Shown here: one piece after another, positions 43,304 through 58,043 of the stretch
Numbering within the stretch: position 1 is the stretch's first letter
Layout of the letters: the number at the start of each line of letters is the position of its first letter
NCBI RefSeq assembly: GCF_009914755.1
Contig: NC_060939.1
Strand: one strand, 5' to 3'
Length of the DNA: 64,000 bases
From: the human T2T-CHM13v2.0 reference genome, Homo sapiens
Program-made: the position numbers and the translations under genes
Notes under the pieces: generated by a model
Database searches by the model: none
Seen by the model: only the letters and a program-made list of their open reading frames with translations
Told to the model about the DNA's origin: nothing

Positions 43304-43953
43304 TGTTACAGCTCTGAGGACTGGAGGAACACCAGGATCCTTAGTCTCGGGCCGAATTGGATAAAACGACATGAACACACATGGAGTAGTTTTAAGGAGT
43401 GGAGAGTTTAATAGTAAAGAAAGAAGGAAGAAGCCTCCCCATACAGAGACAGAGGGAGGGGGGCTCCAAAGCCGAGAGAGGAAACCAGAGTGCGGCAGAA
43501 ATCAGCTGGAGGCTGGAGGAGGGGGTATCTGATTTGCATAGGGCTCAGGGGATTGGTTTGACCAGGCGTGTCATTCACATAGCCCGGGGAAAAAACTGAC
43601 CCTCCCACCCTAGCCTTTTAATATGCAAATACAGGGTACCCTGATGTTCCACACACATGGGGATATGTGGGCGGGGGGGGGGGCGGGGGGGGGCGGGGGG
43701 GGGGGGCGCCAAGTTGCCAGGCACATGTTGGGGCAAGGGCAAGAAGATGTGGGTGGGCCCAGTTTCTAATGGTGGACTCAGTTTTTAATGGCCCACATTT
43801 GCATATCAAAGCTGGCCAGCCCAGCTCTAAAAGCCGGGCCTTTCCTGCTAGACAAGAAACGTTCTGGAGCTACTTTAAAAGAAACAAAAACTTCCCAAGG
43901 ACCCTCTTTCCTCTGTATGTGCCTAAAATAATTTCTTAATAACTCCTATAACA
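43304..43953 (-). mobile_element. ERV1-class solo LTR (650 bp; subfamily not assigned)
   Basis: TGTTA...TAACA inverted termini, perfect 4-bp TSD ATAG (43300-03, 43954-57), minus-strand ATTAAA near 43407-12. Confidence 0.88.
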
Positions 43954-44599
43954 ATAGTGACACACTATTGGCTGACATAAGGCTGAAGGGTGGCAGGCTC
44001 AGGGGTGCAGAAGCATTTGCTATTTGCCTCTTCCTCATACACTCAGGGCCTAGAGGCACAATGCAGTGTGAACCGATTCATGAGCGATGCTTGCAACGCA
44101 GGGCAGAATTGCTTTCCTGCTGTCTATGTTGGTTGTCTGTACTCTGGCCAGAAGCAGGCAGCATCACTGGTGGACAGACGGGTGCCTTAAATATCAAGTT
44201 GGGGAGAAAGGAAGGTGAGGGAAGGTCTCTGATTTTCTTCTTCTTGATGTAAATCCTGGCTTTCTTCTTTAAGTGTCATCCTCTGATGAGTTGACAGTGG
44301 ACACAGCAAAGTCAAACCAGGTGGAAGATTTTCTAGACCTGGAAGGGATAATGGCTTGTCTTGGGGTTTAGCAAGTACTTCCTTCCCCACCCACAGTCTA
44401 GACTCAAAATAAAAATTTGGATGGATAAAAAAACTCCTATACAAATTTCTAGGCCTATTTCTAAGACAATTATTCTGAAGGGTCTTCTTGCAGAGAAGCA
44501 AAAACAACAGAAAGGCGAGTGAGAAATTCTCAGCCTGACAGATTCCCCCGCTTTTGCACAACCTGTTGGGATGAGTCTCAAAATGGTGGGGGGTCACAC

Positions 44600-45110
44600 A
44601 TCCTGATCCCTGCTCACCTTTCCCGTCATCTGCTACTACTGTCCCCTTGCTTTCTTCACCTGGCTTTAGCTCCTGGACTTTTCATTATTTGTACTTACCA
44701 AGTTTTTGCTTTATCCACTTGCTGTGTGCCCTTGAGGTTTGAAGAATTTCCTATCCCCAGATCTCTGCATCCTGGTTCCTTCTTGTCGCTCATGCCTCAG
44801 CTCCAATGCCCCCTCCTCAAGGGTCTTCCCTGATCATCCAACCTAAAGCAGCCACCCTACCTCATCACTCTAGTGCCACTGTTTTGTTTTCTCTGTATCA
44901 CTTGTCTCTATGTGAAATTGCCTTGTTTAGTTTTCTTTGTGTGTGCCTATTTGGTATCTGCCTCCCCCTGCCACTCCTGTGGGACTGCAAACCCCATAAG
45001 AGGTGAGGCTTTCTCTATTTCATTTTCTGCTGCATCTCTGTTGTCAATAATAGTGCCTGGAACAACTGGTATATCGTAGTTGCTAAATAAATGTTTGCTG
45101 AATGGATTAA
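44600..45110 (+). mobile_element. L2 3' fragment
   Basis: ctcagctccaatgccccctcctc...tagtgcctggaaca...ataaatgtttgctgaatg. Confidence 0.75.
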
Positions 45111-45294
45111 GGGTGGTACCTTGGGTTTTGGGTGTGTGAACATGGTTTTAGTTTATAATTTACTCTCTGCCTAGCCATAGGGAGATTCTGGCTTTCCGGA
45201 CAAAGGCCTGTATGTTTATTTGCATCTAAGAAGCAAACCTCCCAAGAGTCTACCATGTTAGAGAATTTTCAAACTAGCAATATTGAAAAATCAA

Positions 45295-45475
45295 CCATAT
45301 TTTCTCAAATCTAAGTCTATCATCAACTGTGAGGTGTATGCCATTTTTTATGTGCCACTGAGTGAGAAAATGCTGTCAGTTACAATGAAAACATCACCCT
45401 TGGTAAGAAGCACCTTAATTTCAGAAATGCTAAAATGTGGATAAACATATGCCTGAGGATTGATAAAGTATGTGA
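45295..45475. mobile_element. MER104-like (TcMar-Tc2) MITE
   Basis: catattttctcaaatctaag...atttcagaaatgctaaaatgtg...gattgataaagtatg. Confidence 0.55.
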
Positions 45476-45559
45476 GATAGACTCCTCATATGGAATGTAG
45501 AATGTTGACTCAGAAGAGTTTCGAGTCTTGTGGCGCCTTCTATGTTTATTTTTCAAATT

Positions 45560-45685
45560 TATTTTTTATTTTTATTTTTTTGTAGAGATGGGGGTCTCAC
45601 TCTGTTGTCCAGGCTGGTCTTGAACTCCTGGCTCAAGCAATGCTTCTGCCTTGGCCTCCCAAAGTGCTGGAATTACAGGCATGCC
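45560..45685 (-). mobile_element. FLAM / Alu left monomer
   Basis: tttgtagagatgggggtctcactctgttgtccaggctggtcttgaactcctgg...attacaggcatg. Confidence 0.85.
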
Positions 45686-48204
45686 CCTTTCTCTTCATAG
45701 GTGCAGCATTGCAACCTAAGGTCCTTCATTAGACATTGTATGTGCTGAGGGTGGGGGAAGAGCAGAGATGTGTGAGGAAGAGAAAGGTGTGGATTCTGAG
45801 GCTTTACTGAAAGTAGAGAAATTCCTGTGGTTTGGGACTAGTTCTGTGGCAAGTTATTAGAAGGAGTTGAGGATTTATAAAAAGATAGATTCATCTAGAT
45901 TTAAAACAGTGGTCTGAAGTGTAGTCTCTTACCTGTCCCGGTTTCTGGAGCTTCGGAAAAGCATCTTTAATTTTATAAAGGCAGTCAATTGAGAAAACAA
46001 GATTTGCTTGAAACCAAAATTTACTTTATAGCCAAGTTTATTGAAATGTATCTATTTTACAAAGAGAAAAAAAGTACCCGAAAGCTAATTCAAAACCATC
46101 ATTCTTATTTGAGAAATGATAATCAAGTATAATTTCCATTATGGATGGCATTAGGTTTCCTTATGCTTTTGTACATATCCTTATGCTTTTGGCTGTTCTC
46201 CTTTGCACCAGCCACTCCTGCAGCTGCAGGGCAGGAGGAGGTGGCAGTTGATTCCACCTCTCTTCAATGGTGCCGCACTCACACCTGGGCCTGACATTGC
46301 TGGGCCGGCCTCACTGTGTCATTGGCTGGATGTAAAGAAGTCCCCAAAACATCTTCTCCAGGGACTCAAAGAACCATAGGCTATTTATTTGGGTCTTTAA
46401 ACCTTTTCAAGTTTCCTACGAAAAACCAACTCTTACCACAATTTAGGGCCCTGAGAGGGAACAGAGAAGTTGGAGGAGGGGGATTGGCTAAAAGCCACTC
46501 TTCAAGCACCGCAGGCTGTATCTCCATTAGCCTTTCAGAAATCTTCCTCAAGAAGCTGGATTAGTGGTAAGAACTAAAAGTCTTTACATAGGTGCAAAGA
46601 ATGTGAACTATGCTGACAGCCTTGTGAGATGATGAATATGTTTATTAGCCCGATTTGTTCATTCCCCAAGGTATATATATAGGCACGGGAACCTCACATC
46701 GACCTCCATAGATATATACAATCATTGCTTTATCAATTAAAAATGAAAATAAAACTAAAAGGGAGCTTTGAGGCTACCATGGGATATTAACCTTTGGAGT
46801 CAGATGAGGGGATTTCATTTGAATCCTAGATATGCCACTTATAAGCTCTGCAGACTTAAATAAGTTGTTTAACTTCTCTTAGCCTCTGTCTTCATTTGTA
46901 AAAGAGGGAAAGTAATACTTATCTTTAAACATTTTCATAAGACAAATGAGATGATCCATATAAGATGATTAGCCTAGTGCAGAGCACATAGGAAATATTT
47001 AGTAAATAAATATTCACGTTGTAATGTGTTCTGATGGCAGACAGCTTATTTTCATGTAATATGATTTAGAATACTTAGTAGAGACTACTTTATCCAGAAA
47101 CATCTTCTAAATAGACTCCCTGAAAAGACCCCTAAGATAATCTGTTGCAAAGTCAGTGGTATCGTATACTGTAGTTAGGGACACAACTACCTTTATTCTT
47201 ACTAATGTCTCAGAAATGGGAATTCTCAGGTGGAAAATTGCAGGGTTTGAGAAGAGTGGTTTGAAGCAAGGGTTTCAATGTGGAGTCCTATTTGGGATCA
47301 GGCAAGTTTTGCAATATAATTGCTCAAGGTTGGGAGGAAGGGATTTGGAAGGAAACTTTGGAGAGTAAGTAAGAGTTCAATCCCCCCAGTTGCATGGTCT
47401 TCTGTTCTGAGAAGGGGGTTTCTATCCTGAAAAAGACGAGTTGAATTGTCAGTAGTTCAGATGAATGGATTTTCAGGACGGCTCTGAAACAGTAGAGCTA
47501 TTTAATCTTTCTGGGCAACAATTGTTTGGGGTAGAATATGTCACGGTACGCTGTATAGCTGGAGGTAATTTCTGTTCTCAGGAATGATAGAGGGCCTCAA
47601 GTCCTTGTATTTATTCTTACTCATATATGTCTTATCAAATGTAAAGGTGGCATATTAAACATGTAACTGCTATCAGTCACATGGATCTTAGAAGATTAAC
47701 TAATCTCCTAAAAAGGCTTTAGAGTAATGAGACTCAATACGTGTACATTTTGCCAGAGAGGGAAATTTTCAGGTTTATATCATGGACATGGCCTTTTATG
47801 GCACCTGGTATAAAATGGGGTGTGAACTTCAGCATGCGTAAAGAGGAGTGTTTCATTGTATGTATGGGAGTGTTTCAGAGAGGCAGCAATGTAGGACTGG
47901 TGGCCATTTTGGGGTGAGAAGTCAACTACATGCCATGGGGATTGAAGAAAATGGTTATAAATTTTACTTATTTTGAAATTTTTCCTTTGGCTCTGCTCAT
48001 TGGTGAAGGGTATGTGAAATTTGGATGCCATCTTTGTAGGGAAAGGAATGATCATTTATTGAGCACATACTTTATGTCAGGTGCTGAGTTATGTTTTCAG
48101 TTCTTATAATGGACTTGTAAGAATGTTTCAATTATTTTTATCTTTTTTATATTGCTTTAATATTTACAGATGATGGAAATTCAGTTCAGAACGCTAAGTG
48201 TCCT

Positions 48205-48529
48205 TCTTAGTCCATTTTGTGTTTCTATTACAAAATCCCTGAGACTAGGTAACTGATAAAGAATTTTTTTTTCTCACAGTTCTGGAGGCTGGGAAGTCCA
48301 AGATCAAGGGTGTGGCATCTGGTGAGGGCCTTCTTGCTGCATACTCACATAGCAGAAGGTGAAAGGGCAAGCTAGCAGGACACTGTGTGAAGCCTCTTTT
48401 AAAAGGTCCTTAATCTCATTCACAAGAGAAGAGCCTTCCTGGCCTAATCATGTCTTCAAGGCCCCACCTCTTAATACTATCACATTGACAACACCTGAAC
48501 TTTGGAGGGGACATGTTCAAACTGTAACA
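48205..48529 (-). mobile_element. MST-type MaLR solo LTR within a MIR
   Basis: ctcacagttctggaggctgggaagtccaagatcaagg...ttcaaactgtaaca. Confidence 0.8.
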
Positions 48530-48623
48530 TTGAGTAACTTAACCAAGGTTACACAGCTAGTAAACACTAGAGCCAAAAGTAAAATGAGTAACTAGGGGCC
48601 CCTGAAGCTTCTGTTCTTCTTGT

Positions 48624-48988
48624 TGTTATGATTTGGCTGTGTCTCTACTGAAATCTCATCTTGAATTGTAGCTCTCACAGTTCCCACGTGTCATGGGAGG
48701 GACCCAGTGGGAGGTAGTTGAATCATGAGAGTGGGTCTTTCCCATGCTGTTCTTATGATAGTTAATAAGTCTCATGAGATCTGATGGTTTTATAAAGGAG
48801 AATTCCCCTGCACAAGCTCTCTCTTGCCTGCCACCATGTAAAATGTCCCTTGTTCTTCTGCCATGATTGTGAGGCCTCCCCAGCCTCACAATTCACAGTG
48901 GAACTGTGAATCAATTAAACCTCTTTCCTTTATAAATTACCCAGTCTCAGGTATGTCTTTATTAGCAGCATGAGAACAGACTAATACA
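48624..48988 (+). mobile_element. THE1 solo LTR
   Basis: tgttatgatttggctgtgtc...gagaacagactaataca, TSD CTTGT/TTTGT. Confidence 0.9.
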
Positions 48989-50265
48989 TTTGTCCGTAGC
49001 AATAGAGAGCCATTGGAATAAAAAAAAAATAGATGATGCTGATCATGATGATGATAGTTACCACAGGCAACAGATATTGTACCTATTATGTACCAGGCAT
49101 CGAGCCATCTACTTTATATGTATTATCTCATTTAATTCTCTCAACAGTCTCACAAAGGAGAGATGATTACTATTGGTTTTATTTTGGATAAAGACTGAGT
49201 GATAGAGCTGTAAAGTAACATGCTCAAAGTCGCACAGCTAGAAAGTGGTGGAGCTTCTGGCTATATGCAAGGATTTCAGAAAGGCAGTGACAGAAAGTTG
49301 AAGGGTCTGCCCACAGATTAGGACATGCAAGGCAGGGAGGGGTACATGAGTTTAGAAGTCTACACTCATCTGCATGTCTCATTTCTGGAGCTGTGGCTGT
49401 TAAAGCTTCCAATACGTTACTTTGCTGCAGGCTCCTACATTTTCTCTGCTTAAGGTCATCACTGCTCCCAAAAAGGATAAGGCAGTCCCCAAATATGGGA
49501 AATAAAGAGCAGTGATAACAACTTCCTTTAGTTTTGCCAAGTAAGAGGAGCAGTGGGCTGCTTGCAGGTAAAATTATTCAGGACACCAACCACTTTTCCC
49601 CGCCAGCCTGTCATGTGGCCCCACATTGCCCAGGAGAAATTCAATTTTTTGAGTCTTGAAGGTTTCTAGGCTTTCCTGTTTAGACCACAAACATCTTTAT
49701 AAAGATGGTTGGGATCTCCAGTGCCTTCACGAGCTAGGCAGGTAATTCACTTCTGAAGGAGCTGGGGTTAGACAAAAAAATGAGTTGATTACTATGTCAA
49801 CCTGTGGACTGCTTGCCCTTCTCACTTGCCTTGACAACACTGTGTGGCTAATAGTCTGTAGGTTACCAGTTTGTAACATCAAAAGGATACATTTTTTTTT
49901 CCTCCTGATTGTCAAAGTTTGTTGTAGAACGCGTAAGGATTAAAACTACAGAAAACTCTAAATAAGCAAATAGAATCATCAGTTGATCCTCAACTCATTA
50001 AGTATTCTTGTTACCTTGGCATATTCCCTTCCAGTTTTTAAGTGTAAAAATCTGCATCAATGGGATCTGCACTAAAGAGGCACATGTGAACCTCAGTTAA
50101 GAAATACTTGGGGTTAAAATAAGGATATCACTAGGTCCCGTTTCAGACTGAGAATTAGCTACAAGTCAGGCCCTTGGAGGATAGAACCTGGAGAGATAAG
50201 CAGAAATAGTAGAATATAGAAGGGTGAATGGGAGGTGAGGACAGAGATAAATCTCCTGTTGTTCA

Positions 50266-50996
<731 letters not shown>

Positions 50997-52639
50997 TCAC
51001 ATCTCTCAACTCTAAGTCCACCCAGAGCAGTATTCAAAAATGCACCTCATCTCTGCTCTGTTTGCCCTGGCCCTGCAAAGCAGCGCCTTCCTCTCAGATC
51101 TTCCAGAACTCCTCTAAGTTGCTGATCCCAGTGACCCTCATTTCATTCTTTGCTCTTCTCCACATTTGCTCTTTCTCAGTTTGATGAATCTCCTCTTGTC
51201 GCATTTTAGATACGTATTGACTTTTGCACAACTTCCCAAGCCATTCTCAGAGAAAGATTGACGGGTGTAGGGTCGCGGGGGGAAGGAGGTTTAGCTATTT
51301 TAAATGTTAGTAAACATGAGAGTTTGTTGGGGATTAACAGGAAATCATGAATAAAATCATTGGGATTTGATAAGGGATTTTTCTCCCAGAAAATTAAAGA
51401 TTTTTTTTCATTATCTTTCTCCCCCCACCAAAAAAGACATGGATGAAGGTCACTGGGATAACCCATTATCAATCTAATACTCTTAAAACAGAAAAAAGAC
51501 AAAAGTCCTTAAGCTTATGCTGCCCACGGGGCCCCTGTGAACTGTTGTTCTGGCATCTTTTTAGCAGGTGATACTGTCCTTTAATACCTCCCACTTAATT
51601 CTCAATTTTCTTTTAAACATCAGATATTGAATAGGCTGCAAACTCCTTCAGGCAATAAATAACTCTCATGCTGTATGGCCAAGATCTGCCAGGAAGTGAA
51701 ATATTTTTGATACAAAAGAACAATTCATTAAAGGAGGTAATGAAGGCAATTCAAACCCTCCACAAATGTATCACCAGGTGAATAAAGCTCGTCACTCTCT
51801 GTTTAGGGTCATGTTGTAAAGAGAAAAAAACAAACAAACAAACACCAACTGCACAAATGGGCCAAAAAATCAGTGGGGCTTAGTCAAGCCTGACAATTTA
51901 GAATTTGACAAACAAGCAGAAAAAAAGAGAGTTTTATTAATATTATGAAAAAAATCCCCTCTGGAATAAAGCATTACATTTCCATGTTATTGTTTGCACT
52001 CATATGCACTCACATGGTCTTAGGGAGAAATCTGACTTTGAGATGAAATTTTGCTTATCTGATTATACCTCATGGGCTCTCCCTCACACACACTCAGCCA
52101 GAAGCACATACTGTCTCATACGCCAGTGTGAATGGTTTCGATGATGGAGAGATGCGGTAGTGAGAGAACGGAGCTACAAAATTTGGGCATTCTGACTGAG
52201 AGTCAGCAGGTTAGAGCCCTGCAATGTACCTAGTCCCTAGGAGCCAAGAGGGCCAGGCATCTACTGGGTAGATCTGAACCGGTACATGCTTGTCCACCAA
52301 CCCTGTAGCCCAAGGAGCTTAACCTGAAAAGTAGTGTATATTAACTGTTGAGAGAGGTATCTTGGACTGTTCTTCTTCCTCTGTTTTAAGTCCGTAAAAT
52401 ACGGTTTTATGGGCAGTCCCAAACAGGAATATTGAACTAACACAGAGAAGTCAAGGAGTTGAAAAGGTCCCTATTAGATATGAGAAAGCTCCATACTAAA
52501 TCCCTGCTGGGTGGGCTTCCGAACTTTACCTGAACATTTTCAGAGCCCTGTTGCTCACTACCACGTAGAGTCTATCCTCTTGTTGAACATCCTTAACTGT
52601 GAAGAATTCCTTTCCTGAATTCAGCCTAGTGTATTTTAA

Positions 52640-52936
52640 TTTCTTTCTTTCTTTCTTTGTTTTTTTTTCTTTTGAGCTAGGGTCTCACTCTGTTGCTCAG
52701 GACTATAGCTCACTGCAGCCTCGAACTCCTGGGCTCAAGTGATTCTCCTGCCTCAGTCTCCCTAGTAACTGGAGCCACAGGTGCAAGCCACCACATTTGG
52801 CTTATTTTTATTTTTTGTGGAGATGGGGTTTTACTATGTTACTCAGGCTTGTCTCCAAACTCCTGGCCTCAAGCCGTCCTCCTGCCTCAGGCCCCCACAG
52901 TGCTGGCATTACAGGTGTGAGCCACCACGCCCGGCC
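52640..52936 (-). mobile_element. AluJ
   Basis: gctcactgcagcctcgaactcctgggctcaag is a J-type feature, and the copy is diverged. Confidence 0.88.
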
Positions 52937-53789
52937 TGTGATTTCTTTCTAACTTGATCTTGGGGTCTCTTTCAAGAGTGGCTGTAAGCCACTGATAGGG
53001 GGTAAAGTTAGTTGGGGTGTGTGGAGGAGGCAGCACAGCAAAACCCGTGAAGTAACAGAAGTGTTTCTGTCGTTACAGAGCCAGGAGAATAAGCGGAGTT
53101 GCTGGGGAGCCTGGAGGTGGCAGGGAGCTCTAACAGTGTCTGGGGAGAGAGAGGTCTTGTTGTGGGACTGGGCCTTTTTTAAGGTTCATGGCGTTATCTG
53201 TCAGGCTTTCCTGCAGGGGTTATGGACTGGGCAGTTTAAAGAAAACGCACATGAAGAGCAGGTCCTATTCACATGACTCTGGTGTTGTCCATTGGGTTTT
53301 ACTGTGGTCAGCAGATGTGGGAAATGTTGGGTTTTGGGTTAGTGGGATGAGGAACAAGCAGGCCATGTGGCAAACAACCACGTGGGAAGGGCAAGTTTTC
53401 TCTAGGTCAGAGGCAACAGGGTATGACTGGGTTTCAAGCAACTTAAGTCATGCCTAAAAAATGGATGTGGAGGTTACAACTATATGAAACAAATTTATGA
53501 GTCTTGATTATATATAAATTAGCTTCCATTCTCTTTAGAAAGGACAGCCAACATATCTCTTAGACATGGCAGCCTTACAGGTACTATATCTCATTCAGCA
53601 TCTTCTCCTTCCCCACCTAACCTGATAGTCAGCTCAACCCAAATGACAACCTCCTGGGTCCACTGAAGTTCAGATAGGAGGAATGGAAATCTGGTGGAAA
53701 TCTCTCTCTGTGTCTGTCTCTCCTCCCACACTATTATTATTATGTTTCTTTTTTTTCTGAGAATAAGGTACAGACTTTCATATACTCTA

Positions 53790-54350
53790 ATTATGAATTT
53801 CCTAAAAACAAAAGTATTCTCTTACATAACCCCAGTTTATCAAAATCTGAAAATAAACATTGATACAAAACTGTTAGTATAACTATTAGATCTACAGATC
53901 TTATTCAAATTTGACCAGATGCCCAATAATGCCTTTTATAGCAAAAGAAAAAATTGTTTGCTGGCCCAAGATTTAAACTATAATTACTTATTATGCTGAC
54001 TTGTCATGTCTTTTTATTTCCCTTTAGCCTCATGTTTTGTTCTGCTTTGTTTTGCCTTTCATGACCTTGACATTTTCAAGGAGTGGAGTGTAGGTCAGGT
54101 ATTTTGTAGCATGTCCTTCATTTTGGCTTTGCTGATTTTCTTCATGATCCAACTTGGGTTATGCATTCTTGGCAGGAACACTATAGAAGTGATGCCGATC
54201 TTTCTCAGTGTATCATATCGGGTGGCACGTGATGACTGTCCCATTACTGGGGATGTTAACTTTGATCACTTGGTTTAAGGTGACATCTGCCAGTTTTCAT
54301 ACTAAAATGTTATTATTCCCTTGATGATTAATAAGTATCTTGTGGGAAAT
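53790..54350 (-). mobile_element. Old L1 (L1MC4/5-like) 3' fragment ending ~70 nt upstream of the 209-nt exon
   Basis: ttctcttacataacc...gttaactttgatcacttggtttaaggtg...aataagtatcttgtggg. Confidence 0.7.
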
Positions 54351-54395
54351 ACACTGGAACATTCTCAAAGAGGTGTGGCTGTGGAGAGCCTGTGA

Positions 54396-54683
<288 letters not shown>

Positions 54684-54788
54684 TGAAGGCTGTCATTTAG
54701 GAATCATCCCAGATAGAGCTGGGAACGCCTCAGTCTATTTCTTGTTGCCTGCTAAGGGCGGATGTTCTGGATTTAAGGCTTCATTCCA

Positions 54789-55096
54789 GGCCAGGCCCGG
54801 TGGTTCACTCCTGTAATCTCAGCACTTTGGGAGGCCGAGGCAGGTGATCACCTGAAGTCAGGAGTTTGAGATCAACCTGACCAACATGGTGAAACCCCGT
54901 GTTTATTAAAAATACAAAAATTAGCTGGGTGTGGTGTTGCACACCTATAGTCCCAGTTACTCAGGAGGCTGAGACAGGAGAATTGCTTGAACTCAGGAGG
55001 CAGATGTTGCAGTGAGCCGAGATCGCACCACTGAACTCCAGCCTAGGTGACAGAGTGAGACCCTGTCTCAAAACAACAGCAACGGCAACAATAAAA
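54789..55096 (+). mobile_element. AluS
   Basis: Dimeric Alu. TSD CTTCATTCCA. Confidence 0.95.
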
Positions 55097-56973
55097 TCTT
55101 CATTCCATTGGTTCATTCATATATACTTAACATATATTTGTTGAATACACACTACCAGAGGTGCAGTGTATGGCATAGTGTTAAGTGTTGACTCTAGAAC
55201 TAGAGTACTGGATTCAAATCCTAGCTCTAGGGCCTACAGCTGTGTAACTTTGAAGAAGTCACTCAACTTCTCTGGGCCTTGAGGTTCTTCAAAAAAAAGC
55301 AGAAATAACAAAACCTAGGTTGTTGTGTGGACTAAATAAGTTATTGTAGAAATGGCCCGTGCTTAGAAGAGTGCTTGCCATGACTGAACTGCGTTGTGAG
55401 GATGAGCCGTTATTGGAATAATTAGCAGTGGAATCTAGTGGTGGATATGACAAACGAGGCCCTTGATCCTATAGGGAAAACCTCCTAGCAGAAGAGTGAG
55501 ACACTAAGTAAGCAAAGAATCCAATGAGGAAGATAATTTCATATCGCACTGTGAAATCAATGAAGTAAGGGCATAGGTCTACAGGGGCTGCCATAGGTAG
55601 AGGGAGCAGGTGTTCTTTTAGAGAGAGAGGTCAAGTCATCTCTGAGCAGATGACACCTGAGCTGAGACCTGAGTTGTTGGAGGAGCTGGTCATGCTGGTC
55701 AGGCCAAGTTGCAGAGGAAGAGCATCCCAGGGAAAGGGGATGGTGTCTTCAAGGGTTTCTACTTATCAGCACCCCACTGGAATATGCATTCTAGGGATTC
55801 CTGGATTTCAACCTAAATAAATTCCTTAATTTCACCTGATTAGGGCTAATTGAAATCCTATAGTTTGAGGCTACATATGCCCTCCTTATTGGTGATATAA
55901 GTGTTCCAGTATCCATCATCTGCTCACCCACCTTCTCCTGGGGCCAAGGCAGCCATGTTGCACACACATTATGTTCCTATTATCTCTGGATTAGGCCACC
56001 TCTGGACTCCCTTTATCAGCCTTCTTGCTCTTCTCTGGACACCCTCCAGTTTTTCTCTATCTGAGTACATCTGAGGTAATGAAGCCACCAATGAGAGTGT
56101 TGTTTTTCCAACCGTGGTATCTGGAGACATTTCTCATTAAAAAATGGTCTTTTCCCCTGCTAAACAATAACAAAATACAGTGCTGCAAACCAATATCTAA
56201 CTCCCTATCTGCTATCACCTCTGGGTTTCTTTCCATCATTACAGCTTTCAAAGCTTCTCAGTCATGAAATAGCTATATTTTACCTTCTATTTCTCGGGAT
56301 GAAGCAGGGCTTTGAATTTTTCCAAGCTTCCTCATGCTTTCTAAGCTTGTGGTTGCCCAAGTCTCTAATCCCTCCCAGTCCTTGTGCAATGCCCTCCTGC
56401 ATTGCCGATGTTTAACAGCCCCCCACTCTGGTCCAGTGCTTTACCGTGTTCCTCTGCCCTCCATGTTATTGGCTATTTCTCTGTTCTGTGCTAAAAAACC
56501 AACCAAACAATAAACAAAACAAACAAGAAAAACAAGACCAATAAAGGAAGAAGACAGTAGTCACAGAGGGAAATGTCTACGATAGAAAGGTGGTGGAGAA
56601 AACACCAAATGAAGCCCAGCATGAGGTGCTATGAATCTGTGCACAGGTTCTTCAAAACAGTTCCTTATCAGGTCAGTGAAGACTTCAGTTGCTCAATTAA
56701 GCACATTAGCAAGAAGCTTCCAGCCTTGAACTACTGTTGGAATGGAAGCAGAATGTGAGTGCACACAGAGTGTGCACTTTATAGTGAGGTTTCTCTAGCT
56801 CATGTTATAATCTCTGCAAGTATGATATGGAAAAGCAGTTCAGGAGGGGCCTATGGGATAGTGCTGAGTAAATAGGCCATGACACATCTGTCACCTGGAA
56901 GAGTGTATAGAATGTATGGGTGTCAACCTCAAGAGGTTGAATTCCTCACCACCACCACTCGCCCTTGCTTTTA

Positions 56974-57329
<356 letters not shown>

Positions 57330-57671
57330 TGTGCTCTTCCAGAGAAAATGTTATCAAGTTTATGTGCAAAGTCAGATGTTTGACATTCTCCTGGTTTTTG
57401 GAAAATGATCATTGCAGGTGAAAGATAGGCTGTCCTGGCTTAGAAACCAAATGGCTTGTTACTCTTCCCCCCGGCAGTCATAACCAGTGTTGAGTAGCCT
57501 CCCAGACCTCAGGTGAGTGCTGTGAGCACAGATGCCCTTGCAGGTGTGCTGGAGTTACAGCTGCCCATCACCCCTCCTCTCCCTTCTGCTAGAGAAGGCA
57601 TGGGAGTCACTGGATGGCCAACTTAGGGGCCTTGGATTTGGTGATGTTATTTCAGTTGCCATTTGCAAATT

Positions 57672-57797
57672 ATGCTGCTGTTGCTGCTGCTGCTGCTATT
57701 GCTACTGCCAGTGATAGTGATGACAATGTTAATGAAGCAGCAGCAGCAGAGGGAGGAGGAGGAAGAGGAAGAGAAGAAGTAGGAGAAGGAGAAGACA
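57672..57797. repeat. Low-complexity triplet region (TGC)n...(GCA)n(GGA/GAA)n
   Basis: Read directly from the sequence. Confidence 0.85.
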
Positions 57798-58043
57798 GTT
57801 ACTTTGAACTCTTACTATTAATACATCCCTTGGCTGTCTTAGCAATTTATGCAGACTCTCCAATATTGATAATTTCAAAAGCTTTTGAGGTAGGATCTAT
57901 TATTATCTCCCTTTTTATAGATGAAGAAACTGAGGCACGTAACTGTTAAGTAATTTTCCCAAGTTCGCAAAGCTCATAAGTGTTGGAGCTAGGATTGGAA
58001 TCTGGTAGTCTCACCTGAGAGCCCATGCTTTTGCCCACTGTAC

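Noticed and set aside
52990-53500. Possible old LTR fragment (similarly 47100-47600)
   Set aside because: The composition is suggestive, but I could not identify termini, a TSD or a family.
57672-57700. Link between the CTG tract and Fuchs corneal dystrophy (AGBL1 is a reported FECD gene; TCF4 CTG expansions cause FECD)
   Set aside because: The tract has only about 5 uninterrupted units and shows no evidence of expansion. The link is coincidental speculation.
57614-57949. ORF with poly-Ala, Gly and Glu tracts resembling a transcription-factor exon
   Set aside because: It derives from simple triplet repeats running into a MIR, with no supporting exon structure.
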